DNA of 64,000 bases, from the NCBI RefSeq assembly GCF_963921235.1, contig NC_086109.1, positions 17,176,001 through 17,240,000 of the forward strand, in the 5' to 3' direction. A model generated the notes under the pieces. It was not told where the DNA came from, ran no database searches, and saw only the letters and a program-made list of their open reading frames with translations. Numbering within the stretch: the first letter of the stretch is position 1; every line of letters starts with the position of its first letter. Shown here piece after piece: positions 1 to 12,243 of the stretch. The translations under genes and the position numbers were made by a program. This DNA is from Mobula hypostoma. Its lineage: Eukaryota.

Positions 1-430
1 GAACTTCTCTGCACATCACATCACTGAAACCAGTCTCCCTTCTGTGAACTGTTTATACTTACTGCTGCCTCAGTAGAACAGCCAGCATGATTGAAAGCAC
101 CACCCACCCCAGACGTGCTCTTCTTTCCTCTCCAACGGGACAGAAGATAGAAGCCTGAAAGCATGTACCAGTCTCAAGGCCAGCTTCTATCCCACTGTTA
201 TCAGACTCTCAAACAGGCCTCCTGTATGATAAGACTCTTCATCTCTCAATCCACCTTATTATATTGCACATTATCGTTTACCTGCACTGCACTTTTTTTG
301 TAACCCTTACACTTCATTCTGCATTACTGTTCTACCTATTCTACCTCAATGCATTGTGTAATGATTTGATCTGTATGAACAGTCAAAACAAGCTTTTCAT
401 TGCATCTTAGTACATGTGCCAATCAACCAA
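1..430 (+). mobile_element. Rex1/Babar-type LINE 3' fragment
   Basis: Degenerate RT C-terminal pattern (AASMI..THPR..LFFPL..G.R.RSLK....SFYP.VIRL) followed by a 3'UTR shared with other copies in the window. Boundaries approximate. Confidence 0.6.
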
Positions 431-953
431 TACCATGATCCTTGAGGTAACACTGTACAGAAAGAACCTGCAACATCTTTTAAATGTATCAATGGGGCAA
501 AAATAGAGCAACTACTTGTGAATCAACCAGAAAAATTGAACATTTTATTTTCAGTGATGATACTGTCCTATAGATTTGCTAAATATGCTCACAGGAAAAA
601 AAAGGATCTCAGGGTTGTATGTGGTGACATGCATGTATTCTGATAATACATTTTACTTTGAACTTTAGACTGGAAAATGTTTGTCCTGGCATTTAATTAA
701 TTTGAAGCTAACATACAGCTGCAGCTAGAAATTAAAAGAGAGTTGGTATTTTGGTTTTTATTCCAAGAGGATTTTAATGCAGGAGTTACAATACCTTACT
801 GTCTTATACAATCCTTTAGTTACACAAGATCTTCACTACTATAAACAAATTTTTCAGAGCAACTACAGAATCTCTTGTATTTATGTACAATATTAATTTC
901 CTTATCAAGAAAAAGATATCCTGGCAGGAAGGCATGAAAGAACTTCATCAGCA

Positions 954-1050
954 ACACACAAATGTTGGAGCAGGAACTCAGGAGGTCAGGCAGCATCTAT
1001 GGAAAAGAGTAAACAGTTGACATTTCCAGCCGAGACCCTTCTACAGGACA
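954..1050 (-). mobile_element. Short Penelope-derived repeat (degenerate hammerhead)
   Basis: acacacaaatgttggagcaggaactcag...gcagcatctatgg...ccgagacccttctacaggac; same family as 2412-2506 and 30665-30760. Confidence 0.7.
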
Positions 1051-1872
1051 GATTCATCAGACTAGTTCCTAGAATGCCAGGTTTGCCATTTGAGAAATTT
1101 AATAGACAAGTTGTGTGTGCAACCAGTTTAGACAAGAGGTAATCTCACTGCACTGAGAAATTTCTTCACTCAGGTGTTAAATCTTCGGAATTCTCCTCTC
1201 CAGAAGGCTATGGAAGCTCAGTCATTCACTTCAACCAAAACTAGTCAATATATTCTATATCAACAGAATTGCAAATAGTGCAAAAAAGTGCCACAATGAT
1301 CAATGAATGGCAAAACATGCTCAAAAATGGCCAGATGGTATACTTCTGCATCTAATTATACTTGCCTTTTCAGATTTGTGTAATGCATTTTTAAAAGTTA
1401 AAATCTCCGTAAGTTTTAATGCTCTGGTTGTGTTGCAACACAGACAAATTAGAAGTTCAAGCCAGGGGATGACTGGAGGGATTCATTTATTTTTATTCCA
1501 AGATACGGAGATCTTGATTCAGAGCATAATTTAGGCAAGATCTAAGAATTGTTTACTGTTCAGTAGTTAAAAACATGCAATCAAGGCCAACATTCATGGC
1601 ACCAGAGCATGTTACACTTTTAAAAAATGTTTTCTGCTATGCAACATCAAATACAGTGGCATGCAAAAGTTTGGACACCCCAGTCAAAACTTCTGTTATT
1701 ATGAATACCTAAGCGAGTAAAAGATGACCTGATTTCCAAAAAGCATAAAGTTAAAGATGACACATTTGTTTAATACTTTAAGCAAGATTACTTTTTTTAT
1801 TTCCATCTTTTACAGTTTCAAAATAAAAAAAAGGAAAAGGGCCCGAAGCAAAAGTTTGGGCACCCTCCATGG

Positions 1873-2990
1873 TCAGTACTTAGTAACAACCCCTTTGGCA
1901 AGTATCACAGCTTGTAAACGCTTTCTGTAGCCAGCTAAGAGTCTTTCAATTCTTGTTTGGGGGATTTTCGCCCATTCTTCCTTGCAGAATGCTTCTAATT
2001 CTGTGAGATTCTTGGGCTGTCTTGCATGCACTGCTCTTTTGAGGTCTATCCACAGATTCTCGATGATGTTTAGGTCAGGGGACTATGAGGGCCATGGCCA
2101 AACCTTCAGCTTGCACCTCTGGAGGTAGTCCATTGTGGATTTTGAGGTGTGTTTAGGATCATTATCCTGTTGCAGAAGCCATCCTCTCTTCATCTTCAGC
2201 TTTGCTTGGCTTTTTTTTTATTACAGACAGCGTGATATTTGCTTCCAGAATTTGCTGGTATTTAATTGAATTCATTCTTCCCTCTACCAGTGAAATGTTC
2301 CCCATGCCACAAGACCAAAACATGATCGATCCACCCCCGTGCTTAACAGTTGGAGAGGTGTTCTTTTCATGAAATTTTGCACCCTTTTTTCTCCAAACAT
2401 ACCTTTGCTCAACCAACATACATCAAAGTTGCTGGTGAACGCAGCAGGCCAAGCAGCATCTATAGGAAGAGGTGCAGTCGACGTTTCAGGCCGAGACCCT
2501 TCGTCATTTGCTCATTATGGCCAAAAAGTTCTATTTTCCACAGGACTTGTTTTCAAAATGCATCAGGCTTGTTTAGATGTTCCTTTGCAAACTTCTGACG
2601 CTGAATTTTGTGGTGAGGACATAGGAAAGGTTTTCTTCTGATGACTCTTCCATAAAGGTCATATTTGTGCAGGTGTCGCTGCACAGTAGAACAGTGCACC
2701 ACCACTCCAGAGCCTGCTAAATCTTCCTGAAGGTCTTTTGCAGTCAAACGGGGGTTTTGATTTGCCTTTCTAGCAATCCTATGAGCAGTTCTCTCGGAAA
2801 GTTTTCTTGGTCTTCCAGACCTCAACTTGACCTCCACCGTTCCTGTTAACTGCCATTTCTTAATTACATTACGAACTGAGGAAACGGCTACCTGAAAACA
2901 CTTTGCTATCTTCCTCTAGCCTTATCCTGCTTTGTGGGCATCATTTATTTTAATTTTCAGACTGCTGGGCAGCTGCTTAGAAGAGCCCAT
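1873..2990 (-). pseudogene. Tc1 transposase pseudogene (DD34E)
   Basis: MGSSKQL...RSGRPRKLSER...VKHGGGSIMFW...QDNDPKHT...SPDLNIIENLW...AKGVVTKY*. There are 34 residues between the second D and the E. Disabling changes: several in-frame stops, a deletion removing the first catalytic D (VLW[TDE.]KIELFG) and a 95-bp insertion at 2412-2506. Confidence 0.92.
2412..2506 (-). mobile_element. Short Penelope-derived repeat inserted in the Tc1 transposase
   Basis: Flanked by the 8-bp TSD TTTGCTCA (2404-2411 and 2507-2514). Near-identical to the 3' part of the Penelope copies at 30450-30545 and 56760-56850. Confidence 0.85.
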
Positions 2991-3904
2991 GGCTGCTGAT
3001 TGTTGGGACAAGGTTTGAGGAGTCAGGGTATTTATAAAGCTTTGAAATTTGATCACCTGGCCTTTCCTAACAATGACTGTGAACAAGCCATAGCCCTAAC
3101 AAGCTAATTAAGGTCTGAGACCTTCCTTGGTGAAAGTTATCTGAGACCTCAAATCTCTTGGGGTGCCCAAACTTTTGCATGGTGCTCCTTTCCTTTCTTT
3201 CAGTCTGAAATTGTACAAAACAAAAATAATACACTAATCTTGCTTAAGACGTTGATCTTTAACTTTATGATTTTTGGAGATCAGTTCATCTTCTACTCAC
3301 TTTAACTATTCACAGTAACAGAAATTTTGACCAGGGGTGCCCAAACGTTTGCATGCCACTGCAAAAGTGCTGTCTGTTAAAGTTATTACATTCCAAATGG
3401 AATGTTGCTAACAGGCAGCTCACTCTGCTTCCTCACCACTAATCTTTCCTCAAGCCATGAATGACAACAAACAGATTACATAACCCTTGACTGAAGGGCT
3501 ACTAAACCTAGGTAGTCTCAAAACACACTGCATGACCCAGTTTCTAACCTTGGGTGCCATTGAAAATCATCTCATTCCAAACTGCAAATTAGCTTCCCCT
3601 TTGGCAGTCCCATGTGAAATCTGTCAACCAACCCTGATATAACAATAGTTTTGATGAACATGGTGTCATCATTCACTTTGGTCATGATAAAAAAAGGAAA
3701 GCTTTAGAGTTATGGGGAAGTTGACCAATCAGCTTCAGCTGAATCCAGCTTTCCAATTATTGATCCATAGTTTCACAGGTTACCAAACATCAATTTGTTA
3801 TTCCTGTACTCAGCATGCAGTCTCGGCTTCACCCAGTCCTTCATATAACTATTTCCAAGCCTCAAAAACCTCTGAAAAAACAACATTACAAAGGTCTTTC
3901 CTCT

Positions 3905-4505
3905 TGTAACCAGGAGGCTGAAGAGAGCTGGACGACACACATCTGTACTCAAGTCAATTTGCTGATGCACAGTACAGAGCATCCTAAAAAGCTGCACAAC
4001 TTCATGGTATGCAGCACACAGCGGTCAGGAAGGTTCTTCAACAGGTAGTCAAAGCTGCCAAACGCATCACTTGCACTAGCCTACCCGCCACCAAAGACAT
4101 ACATTCAAAAAGGTGCCAGAAAAGGGTCTGTAACATCATGAAGGATCTCACCCACCCTGCTTATTGGGGAAGAGACGATGTAGCATCCACACCAGGACCA
4201 CCAGATTCAAAAACAGTTACTTTCCCCAAGCAGTAAAGCTGATCAATACCCCTACCCACAAACCCACACCACAACACCCACCACCCATCATTTCTTGTCA
4301 GTCAATTTATATAGACACTCCTAAGCGTAGCATCACTCTACAGATATACAATCAATCTACACAAACCTTCTTATATGTATTTATTCAGCATGGTGTTTTT
4401 TTACTATGTTCTTTATCTTATGCTTTTTTGTGCTGCATTGGATCCAGACTAACGATTTCATTCTGCTTCACACTTCTATACTAGAAATGAAATTAAACAA
4501 TCTTG
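3905..4505 (+). mobile_element. Rex1/Babar-type LINE 3' fragment
   Basis: ORF remnants RKVLQQVVKAAKRITCTSLP...KDLTHPA and SIHTRTTRFKNSYFPQAVKLIN are typical Rex1 RT C-termini, followed by a 3'UTR. Confidence 0.8.
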
Positions 4506-5806
4506 AACCTAAATTTCAGCTGTTGACTTTTGCTAGAAGTAGTAGTTTCTTCCTCACCTATGCCCCAAGTTGTGTTTCAAAAAGAAAGGCCAACTAAAAT
4601 TCAGATCTGCGGGTAACTTTCTCACAAATACCATTCTTCCTAATGCAAATCAATCTTAAAGCCTTGATCTAAAATGATCTTTTATAGAGTCCCAACATAT
4701 CCTCTTCCAACTCCATTTGTCTTTTAACCTCATTTACTTGTTCTGTAAAATAACATATTAAAAGGCATGCTCTTTAAAGTCACAACTCTGCTATGCCTTC
4801 AATTATTGTGAATTCCCTTCCCTTTACCTGTTATGCTCCCACCAAATGTATTACCTCAAACTTAACTTGTCCAGAATCCATTTGCACTTTCCTGGGACAC
4901 AATTTTCTTCTTCATTATGAGCTAATCTGTAAATTATATCTGCATATTTCTTAATTACACTCAGTAAATCCAACTTTAAACATTTAAAAGAAATGAATAA
5001 CAAATAGTCTTACAAAACCCATTTTCAGACTATGGTTTTCCATTATTGAAACATGCCAGTTTCATCACATTCCCATGGACTTCTTAATGACAGACTGCCT
5101 TTTTGAATAGGCTAGGGTTAAATCTGGGGTTGCTGGGCAGCACGGCTCAAAGGGTTGTATCTCAATAATATATAAAATACAACAGATTCTCTGTAACTGT
5201 TATATTATACTCTGCATTCTATTCTTCCTTTCCTTTTGTATTACCTCAAAGTGCATCCAATTGGAATTATCTGTATCACACAGCTTACAAAATGTTTTTC
5301 CACAGCATCTTGGTGAATATGGCAACAATAAATTGCAACCCGAAGCATTCTGATTTTTAACATTTGGGTGAAGCTGGGAATGGGCATCATCTAGATTAAT
5401 CACTGGAAAATGCCAGCTATCAATTACTGCTTAATTCTGTTAGATATAGCCCAAAGAGATATTTGACTGTTCACCTCATCATGGACATCGAACAACTACA
5501 CCTTCAGCAATAAAGCACACAACTTCATAATGCAGTATTACAATACTATTTACTTTCAAACAACTTTGGATATAACATGCAACTTTACCCAAGATCCTAT
5601 AGGCTTTTATTTACAAACTTTTTTTAAGAAAAAAAAGTCCATGGCCATTTAACTGCACCTTAAGAATGAAAAAAAAGCATCAATGCTTCATGTCAGACAT
5701 GGCCAAGTAAAGAAATATCAATATGACTTAATACGGTAAGAAATCTGCAGCCCTTCATATCAGTGACTGTACTTAGAATTGTCCACATTAATGGTTATCT
5801 TGTTAC

Positions 5807-6192
5807 CTGCAATAATGGATGGTGTAACGTTATTTCCAAATGAGCTGCACAATTTGCAGGATCTTCACTCTCTTGGATTTCTAGGTCCTCCTCAGGAATG
5901 GTGTCCCATTTGCCCTGCCGTGCAAGATGATGGTGCACCAATACATAATGTCCGGGCAAAGCCAAGCTAACACTTGTCCTCTTACCATGGGTGAATTTCA
6001 GCCGACGCCTTTTACACTTATTTTCATTGCTGCCCTTGATAACCGGCAAGAGCCTTTCACCCATGACACTGTTCAGTACATGAAACTTGGCCCAGCAATT
6101 CTGACCCAGGATCATGATGCAGGGAAAGCAGCCCACTGTTGCTTGGAGGTAGTCCTCTTCATGGCGTGGGAACGATATGCAGCATAAAGCAC
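5807..6192 (-). CDS. DSTYK: DSTYK coding exon 2
   Basis: Acceptor ttcctgttttctag|GT (phase 1) and donor TTGCAG|GTAACA (phase 0), 386 nt. Translation (G)ALCCISFPRHEEDYLQATVGCFPCIMILGQNC...RRLKFTHGKRTSVSLALPGHYVLVH...WDTIPEEDLEIQE...LEITLHHPLLQ aligns along its length with recalled human DSTYK CISFPPKEEKYLQ...VSLALPGQYELVH...WETIPEEDLEVQE...LEVTMHHALLQ. Confidence 0.96.
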
Positions 6193-7249
6193 CTAGAAAA
6201 CAGGAATTAAACATTTGAAATTGTAAACTCACCGTGGAATCAATGACAATGTCTGAACTAATTTCCATACTTGGGGACCTGTACATTTGACCAAGCCCAG
6301 ATGCTAACGAATTAGCAATGAGGTCCATGCTCCTCAACAGAACCAAGAGTCTGACAAGGCTCAGAACTGTTAGGAGCCATAACTTGTTGGGTGCAAAGTT
6401 AAATACAGCCCCAAAGCAATTATGAATGGGAGCTTTCTTCCACTGTTATCAGGTAACCTTCAATTATGCATCAGACATGCCCTACAAGGACAAGAGTATT
6501 ACATGTAAAGTGAACCATCAGCAAGACTAAATGAGATTCAGCACAGATCAATGAACGGCAGGTATTCTGGCTCTACTGTGCAGGCTGGAGGAGCAACATT
6601 AATACCATTGGTCATTGATAACTCTGCTCAGTGGAATTTGTTTTGGTCCATCAAGTCTGAGGGGCATCTAATATCCAACTTATATCATCTCACTTCCATC
6701 AACTTAACCCCCGCCCCTCCCCAACCATGCAACCTCCAGCCAACATACATAGTGCAATTTACCTGCCTAATGAATCTACCAGCAAGCATGTCAATGGGAT
6801 GAGAAGAGAAATCAGAGCATCAGGAGAACCAAATTTGTCTTCGGGAGAATGTGCTAACTCCACACAGTTCAGAATCAAACCCAGATTCCTGGAGCTGCCA
6901 AGAGCCTTACAAAGCCATCTATTTTTTTTTATTATTAAATATGCACTTCTGGTTTCAGAGAACAATAGAGGAGGATATTTATCCCCGTTCACTCAGACCA
7001 GCACACCTTTTGGGCAATTAGATTTCCTCATCAGAATGATTAAACCATGGTGAATGACCTACAGTGCTTCACAGTGAAATCAATTCAAGCAAGGATAACT
7101 TCTGATCTGAGTATTTCCACATCTGCTTCTACTCTTTTTCTTTAATATCTACAGTTGCGCTTTCCAAAGGGCTTTCCCTTTCCTCAATTTGAGGTGCCTC
7201 CACATTTTGCATCCTTTTATCAAGCTAACATTTCCCAGTTTTCACGTGT

Positions 7250-8340
7250 GTATACAAGTCCTGCAACTCAACATCAAGGTACCATTAACCTCAGAGGCTA
7301 AAGGCCATAAAAAAAGAATGGAAATACATTATTACACTAATTCACAAACTCATCAATATCGACTCTTAATTAACTACAGCTTAGTATTCAATACTATCAC
7401 TCCCTCAAAACTAATCATTAAGGTTCAAGCCTCAATACCTCCTTGTGCAATTGGGTCCTGGATTTCCTCAACTACAGACCCTAGTTAGAATGGATTGGTA
7501 ACAACTCCTCCACAAGTTCAAACAGTACAAGTGCACCATGAGGCTTCACCCCCTGCTCTACTTGCTTTACACTTATTACTGGGTGGCTAAACACAGCTCC
7601 AATGCCATTTTTAAGTTTGCTGACGTCACCACTATCATAGGCTAAATTAAAGGTTCTGACAAATCAGCATCTAAGAGGGAGACTAAAAATCTGGGTGAGT
7701 GGTACCAGGGGAACTACCTCTCAGTCAATGTCTGCAAGACCAAGAAGCTGATTAATGACGTCAGGAGAAGGAAACCGGAGGTCCACGAGCCAGTCCTTGC
7801 AGGATCAGAGGTGAAAAGTGTCAGCAACTTTGTTACTACCTTGGTGTTAACATTTTGAAGGACCATCCTGGTTCGAGCATGCAAATGCAATTACGAAGAA
7901 AGCACAATGCCTCTTTGACAAATTTCTATAGATGTGGGAAGGATAGAAAACTGACTGGCTGCATCAGAAATTCCTACAGTCCAGTCATTCATGGGTATAA
8001 CCTCCCCACCATTCAGCACACCTACACGAAGCGTTGTTGTAGGAAAGCAGCCTCCATCATCAGGGATTCTCAACACCCAGGCTATGTTCTCTTCTCACTG
8101 CTGCCAACAGGAAGGTGGTACAGGAACCTCAGAACTCAACACCAGGTTCAGGGACAGTTACTACACCTCAACCATCAGGTTCTTGAACCAAAGGGGTAAC
8201 TTCACTTGCCCCATCATTAAAATGTTTCCACAACCAATGGACTCACTTTCTTTTAATCTCATGTTTGCGATATTTATTGCTTATTTATTATTCTTTCTTT
8301 CTGCGTTTATAGTTTTTTCATCTTTTGCACACTGGTTAAA
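7250..8340 (+). mobile_element. Rex1/Babar-type LINE RT/3' fragment
   Basis: Degenerate RT motifs (IFKFAD.TT at ~7607) and C-terminal RKAASIIRDSQHPGYVLFSLLPTGRWYRNLRT...RFRDSYY. Confidence 0.8.
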
Positions 8341-9499
8341 CAAAAATGGTCTTTTTTTTAATACTTCATTTTCAAAATACAATGAAATCAACAGGAACAT
8401 ATAAGCTCAGACATGTGTAAAAATAAAATAAGAAAAAAGGGACATAACATTAGAGAGATGCCTATTGAACAAAGTGCTCAAAAGTGCTAAGTATTAAGTC
8501 TCAAATGAGGGCTGTGAGAAATCAGCTGGGGGGAAATTACTCATCTGGTCTTTCAAAAAATGGACTTTATTATGAATTTATTGGGTATGCTGCAATGGGT
8601 ATGCAATGTTGGAGGCCACTTGCCTTTTGAGAAGAGAGAGGGATGGCTCTGATAAAAGGCAACATGGAGGAGGGATACAAATTTGGAGAAAAAAAAATCA
8701 GGTTGAACAGGCAGTACGAAAACAGAAACAAGGAACAAAAGATATTGGTGGAAGATGTCTATATGCAAACGATTTTTCCAAAAGCGACGTCCTTCAGACA
8801 ATTCATAAAGGAACTGCTTTCAAAATATGATTCTGCCCTTATTGGAACCTGTGGCTTACATTTTGATGGTGTGTGTTGGGTCCAAATGAGCAGTCTGGTG
8901 TTTTGCTGTCTCTGAGGGAGTTCAATGAGGTTTTAAGTGGAGTGTGCAGCTTGGAGATGGGGAGCAAGCCTGTGATTGACACAGTTTCTTGCCGATCTCA
9001 CTGATTGAAGAGTTGAGCAAGATTGAAATCAATGAGGACGAGCGCAGAACGCAAGCAGGTGTACAATACCGTCTGCCTGCGTTTGACAAGTATCTCCCTC
9101 TCCTTTGTCTTGGGAAAGGTTTAATTGACATGGTTTGTGCATTGGGCTCTATGGTTCATGCCATAAGCATTTGGGCTTTTGGTTATTCTTTTTGTTTTGT
9201 TGCTATTTTGATCGGGGCAGACTGACTGTGGCCTACAGTTTACAAACAACAGAGCGCTAAATTGAACTGAACATTTGTGGACTGTTTCAGTGACTCCGGT
9301 TTGATGTTTTATACTGTCTTTCATTTTTTTTACCTTTTGCACTATTTGTTTTTTGTGTGTCTGGTTTTTGATGTTTTCTTTGAATGGGTCCCATGGTGTT
9401 TCTTTGTTTTATGGCCATCTGTGAAAAGGTAATCTCAGGGTTGTATACTGCATACAAACTTCGATAATTAGTATATTTTAAATCTTCATTCAAAGCATT

Positions 9500-11620
9500 G
9501 CAAGAATTTAGAAACTAAAGGCACATTTAACGGGGGCAATACAATTATGGGGGACTTGAGTCTACATATAGACTTAGCAAGCTGAAATAGCAGTGACTGA
9601 GGGGAAAATAATCATGTATGAGATTATGGTTTGCTCAATTAAAGTGCTGACAAATCAATGAAGGAACAAGTTATTTCCAAAATCAGATCTAAAATAGCAA
9701 AGGGCAACTCAGTGATCTGGAAACTACTAGACCTTTTGCAAAGAATGGTCGAACTATGAATCTCTCCCCACTCGTTGGAAAATGGAGTCACCTCTTTCTC
9801 CCTTATTAGGAGAGAAAAGTATGTCGAATTATCGGATGAACAATGCAGTCTCTGAGGTAACTGCAAGTCTGTGTCTTTGCTATTGCTTTACTCGCGCTTG
9901 AGTGCTGGTAGTGGGTGCGAGTTTTTTTTGCCGGTGGGGGGAGAGGGATTGTCGCTCGCTGCCGCTTATGCACGAAAGGGATGGGAGTTGAGGGGGACTT
10001 TGGGGTTCTAACATTTAACTGTCATTCATTCACTGGGGCACTTCGCTGTTTTTGTAGATGGTTGTGAAGAAAAAGCATTTCAGGATGTACATTGTATACA
10101 TTTCTCTGACATTAAATTTACCTTTGAACCTGTGAACCTATGATACAACTTTAGTAATTCTGAAAGATATTTACAAACTTTGTAGTTCCATCTGAAATTT
10201 GGTCTGAAATCAAACCAGAAACAATGAAGTTATGAAGTCCAAGTTAGCTGTGGCAAATTGAAAAACCATGATGAGGTAACAGCATTAAGATTTAAGTAAT
10301 AATTTATAACATTGTATATTCTTCTAAAAATCCAAACGAATTTAAGAGCATTTAATTGAAAGGAAAACACTTAAAACTGTTGCACAAAAACATTTCAGAA
10401 TTGAGCCAAAGAGGTAATGCATGGAGATGTGCAGGAAAAGAGAACACAAAGTAATCATGCAGGTGACAATACACTGCAATAAATTCTATGTATAGAACTA
10501 ATGTGCACCCTTTCAAATATTCCAATAATGACTCAGAAAACCAGGCAAAAATAGTGGGCAACAGATCAAGTGTCAATAAAGTGCCAAAAGAAATTACCCT
10601 TCATTTAAAATGAAAAGATATTCTGTTGAGACTAGAAGACACCAAATCTGCAGGATCTGATCTCCTATGTGACAAGATTGTGAATGATGGCAACCACTGA
10701 AATAGTTCCAATGATCTATAAAGTGAACAAATGTAATCCTACCAACTGAAAGACACAACTGCAGTCATTTAACTTAATAAATCAGGGAAATGCTAGAAAC
10801 ACTTTTTACAAAGTGACAAATGGGACATGGCACTACAAACAGGAGAAATAATATGACAAATTTGGCCGTTTAAAGAGTCTACAGCACGAGTCAAGTATGA
10901 ACCATTATATATTCTAAAGAAAGCTTTCATTAAAAGAAAAAATAAAATTACTGCATATGGTTTTGGGGTCAATAAAACAGAACAGCTTAAGAACTGGTGA
11001 ACAGAAAAGAAAAACCACAATTAATAGATCTTTGCTGGATTTCAAGACTTATGGCTGTGATAATGCAGGAATTGGTTTCTCCTATTAACAAACCAGGATT
11101 ATGTGCATGAAGAGACCAGATCTAAACTTAACATGTCTAAATTTGTTGATGATACCAAGTAGGGTGGCAGAGGGGACTGGAAAGATGCAGAAGCTTCAGG
11201 TGATATTCTGTCATAAAGAAAATAGAGATCACTGGTGAGAGTATGCAATGGCCTGGTATTGAGAGTGTGAGGAGTTTGTCTGATGAGGACAGATTATACT
11301 ATTTTTTTTTAAAAAGGTGTGAAAGACAAAGTTGCTGAATAATATAATTTTTTAAATGGGCCTGTACAGGGATGATATTCACTCTGCTTTAATGTCCAGA
11401 GTAAAAGTCATGGTCTCAAAATAAAACTGAACCTTTCAGCAATGGAAGAAGAAATTTCTTCAGAAGTTAGTGTGTCTTCAGACTATTCTATCCAATGCAG
11501 ATTTGGAGAGACTTTTGGATATTAATCATACTAAGGCAAGGAGCTACAGCAAGGTTTAACATAGTCATGAATCCTGGAGGAGACAAAAGACTAAATAACC
11601 CACTCCTGCTTTTTAAAACC
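9500..11620 (+). mobile_element. Heavily decayed CR1-like LINE fragments with inserted short repeats
   Basis: Scattered CR1-like motifs (IMGDL.L.ID at ~9545; SKFVDDTK.GG at ~11136; 3' gaagaaatttcttc). Boundaries are uncertain. Confidence 0.45.
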
Positions 11621-11705
11621 ATTAAATTCAAAGATTTAACAGTGAACCGCAAGCCAAAATAAGACGAGACAAGATAATTGATATAAAAAAAACATTTTGA
11701 ACCTA

Positions 11706-12243
11706 TGTAACCCCTGGCTAAAAGAACAATTGGGACTGGATAGGAATTCTTGAACGAAGTAAACTCTGCCTCACCAGTTCTCCCCAGCTTACAGAGAGAC
11801 AGTGAGAGATTGCTAACATTGTACATTGTTCTCTCGTTTCAGTAGGGGAGGAGGACTCACCGATAAGGACAGGAATGAACATCCATCTGTAATTAAGTTA
11901 GGGCCTAGCAAAGGGAATAACTGATAAGGACTGGACAATACATCCATCTGTAATTAAACCTTGAAGTAGCGAACTCTCTTATCTATGTAATTAAGGTTTG
12001 CACTGACAGACTTGGTGGGATATACCAGTTCAAATAACATCTTGCAACAGTAATGTATGGGGCTTACTATGTATAAATATACGGCTGTAACCGGAGAGAG
12101 TGGGGCCACTTGTTGGATCGTGGCAGTATTACGTGCCTTTCCTCTGACAACTGGGTCTCAAACTCCTGCAGGAGGGTGCGCAATAAACTGCTATAACTAT
12201 AAGAAGCTGGTCTCCAGAGTTTTATTCAGATTCAACTTTAACA
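11706..12243 (+). mobile_element. Probable solo LTR
   Basis: TGTAAC...TTAACA termini, three ~60-bp enhancer-like repeats (11862-11996), TATAAATA (~12072) and AATAAA (12182) in U3-R-U5 order. No matching TSD was seen. Confidence 0.6.

Larger units (their letters stand above)
1654..3361 (-). mobile_element. Tc1-family DNA transposon, IR/DR type, near full length but inactive
   Basis: TIRs of about 200-210 bp start CAGTGGCATGCAAAAGTTTGGACACCCC (1654) and end ...GGGGTGCCCAAACGTTTGCATGCCACTG (3361). Inner direct repeats at 1848-1865 and 3161-3178. TA lies before the left end and CA (a mutated TA) after the right end. Confidence 0.95.

Noticed and set aside
1..5806. DSTYK exon 3
   Set aside because: No - strand segment resembling the expected continuation (EVDVVVAP...) was found; it probably lies beyond the window start.
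5795..6346. 183-aa ORF as a standalone gene
   Set aside because: Only 6192-5807 is DSTYK-like and is bounded by splice sites; the rest is intronic read-through.
11862..11996. Spaced direct repeats resembling a CRISPR array
   Set aside because: Eukaryotic context, only two or three degenerate units and no cas genes; better explained as LTR U3 repeats.
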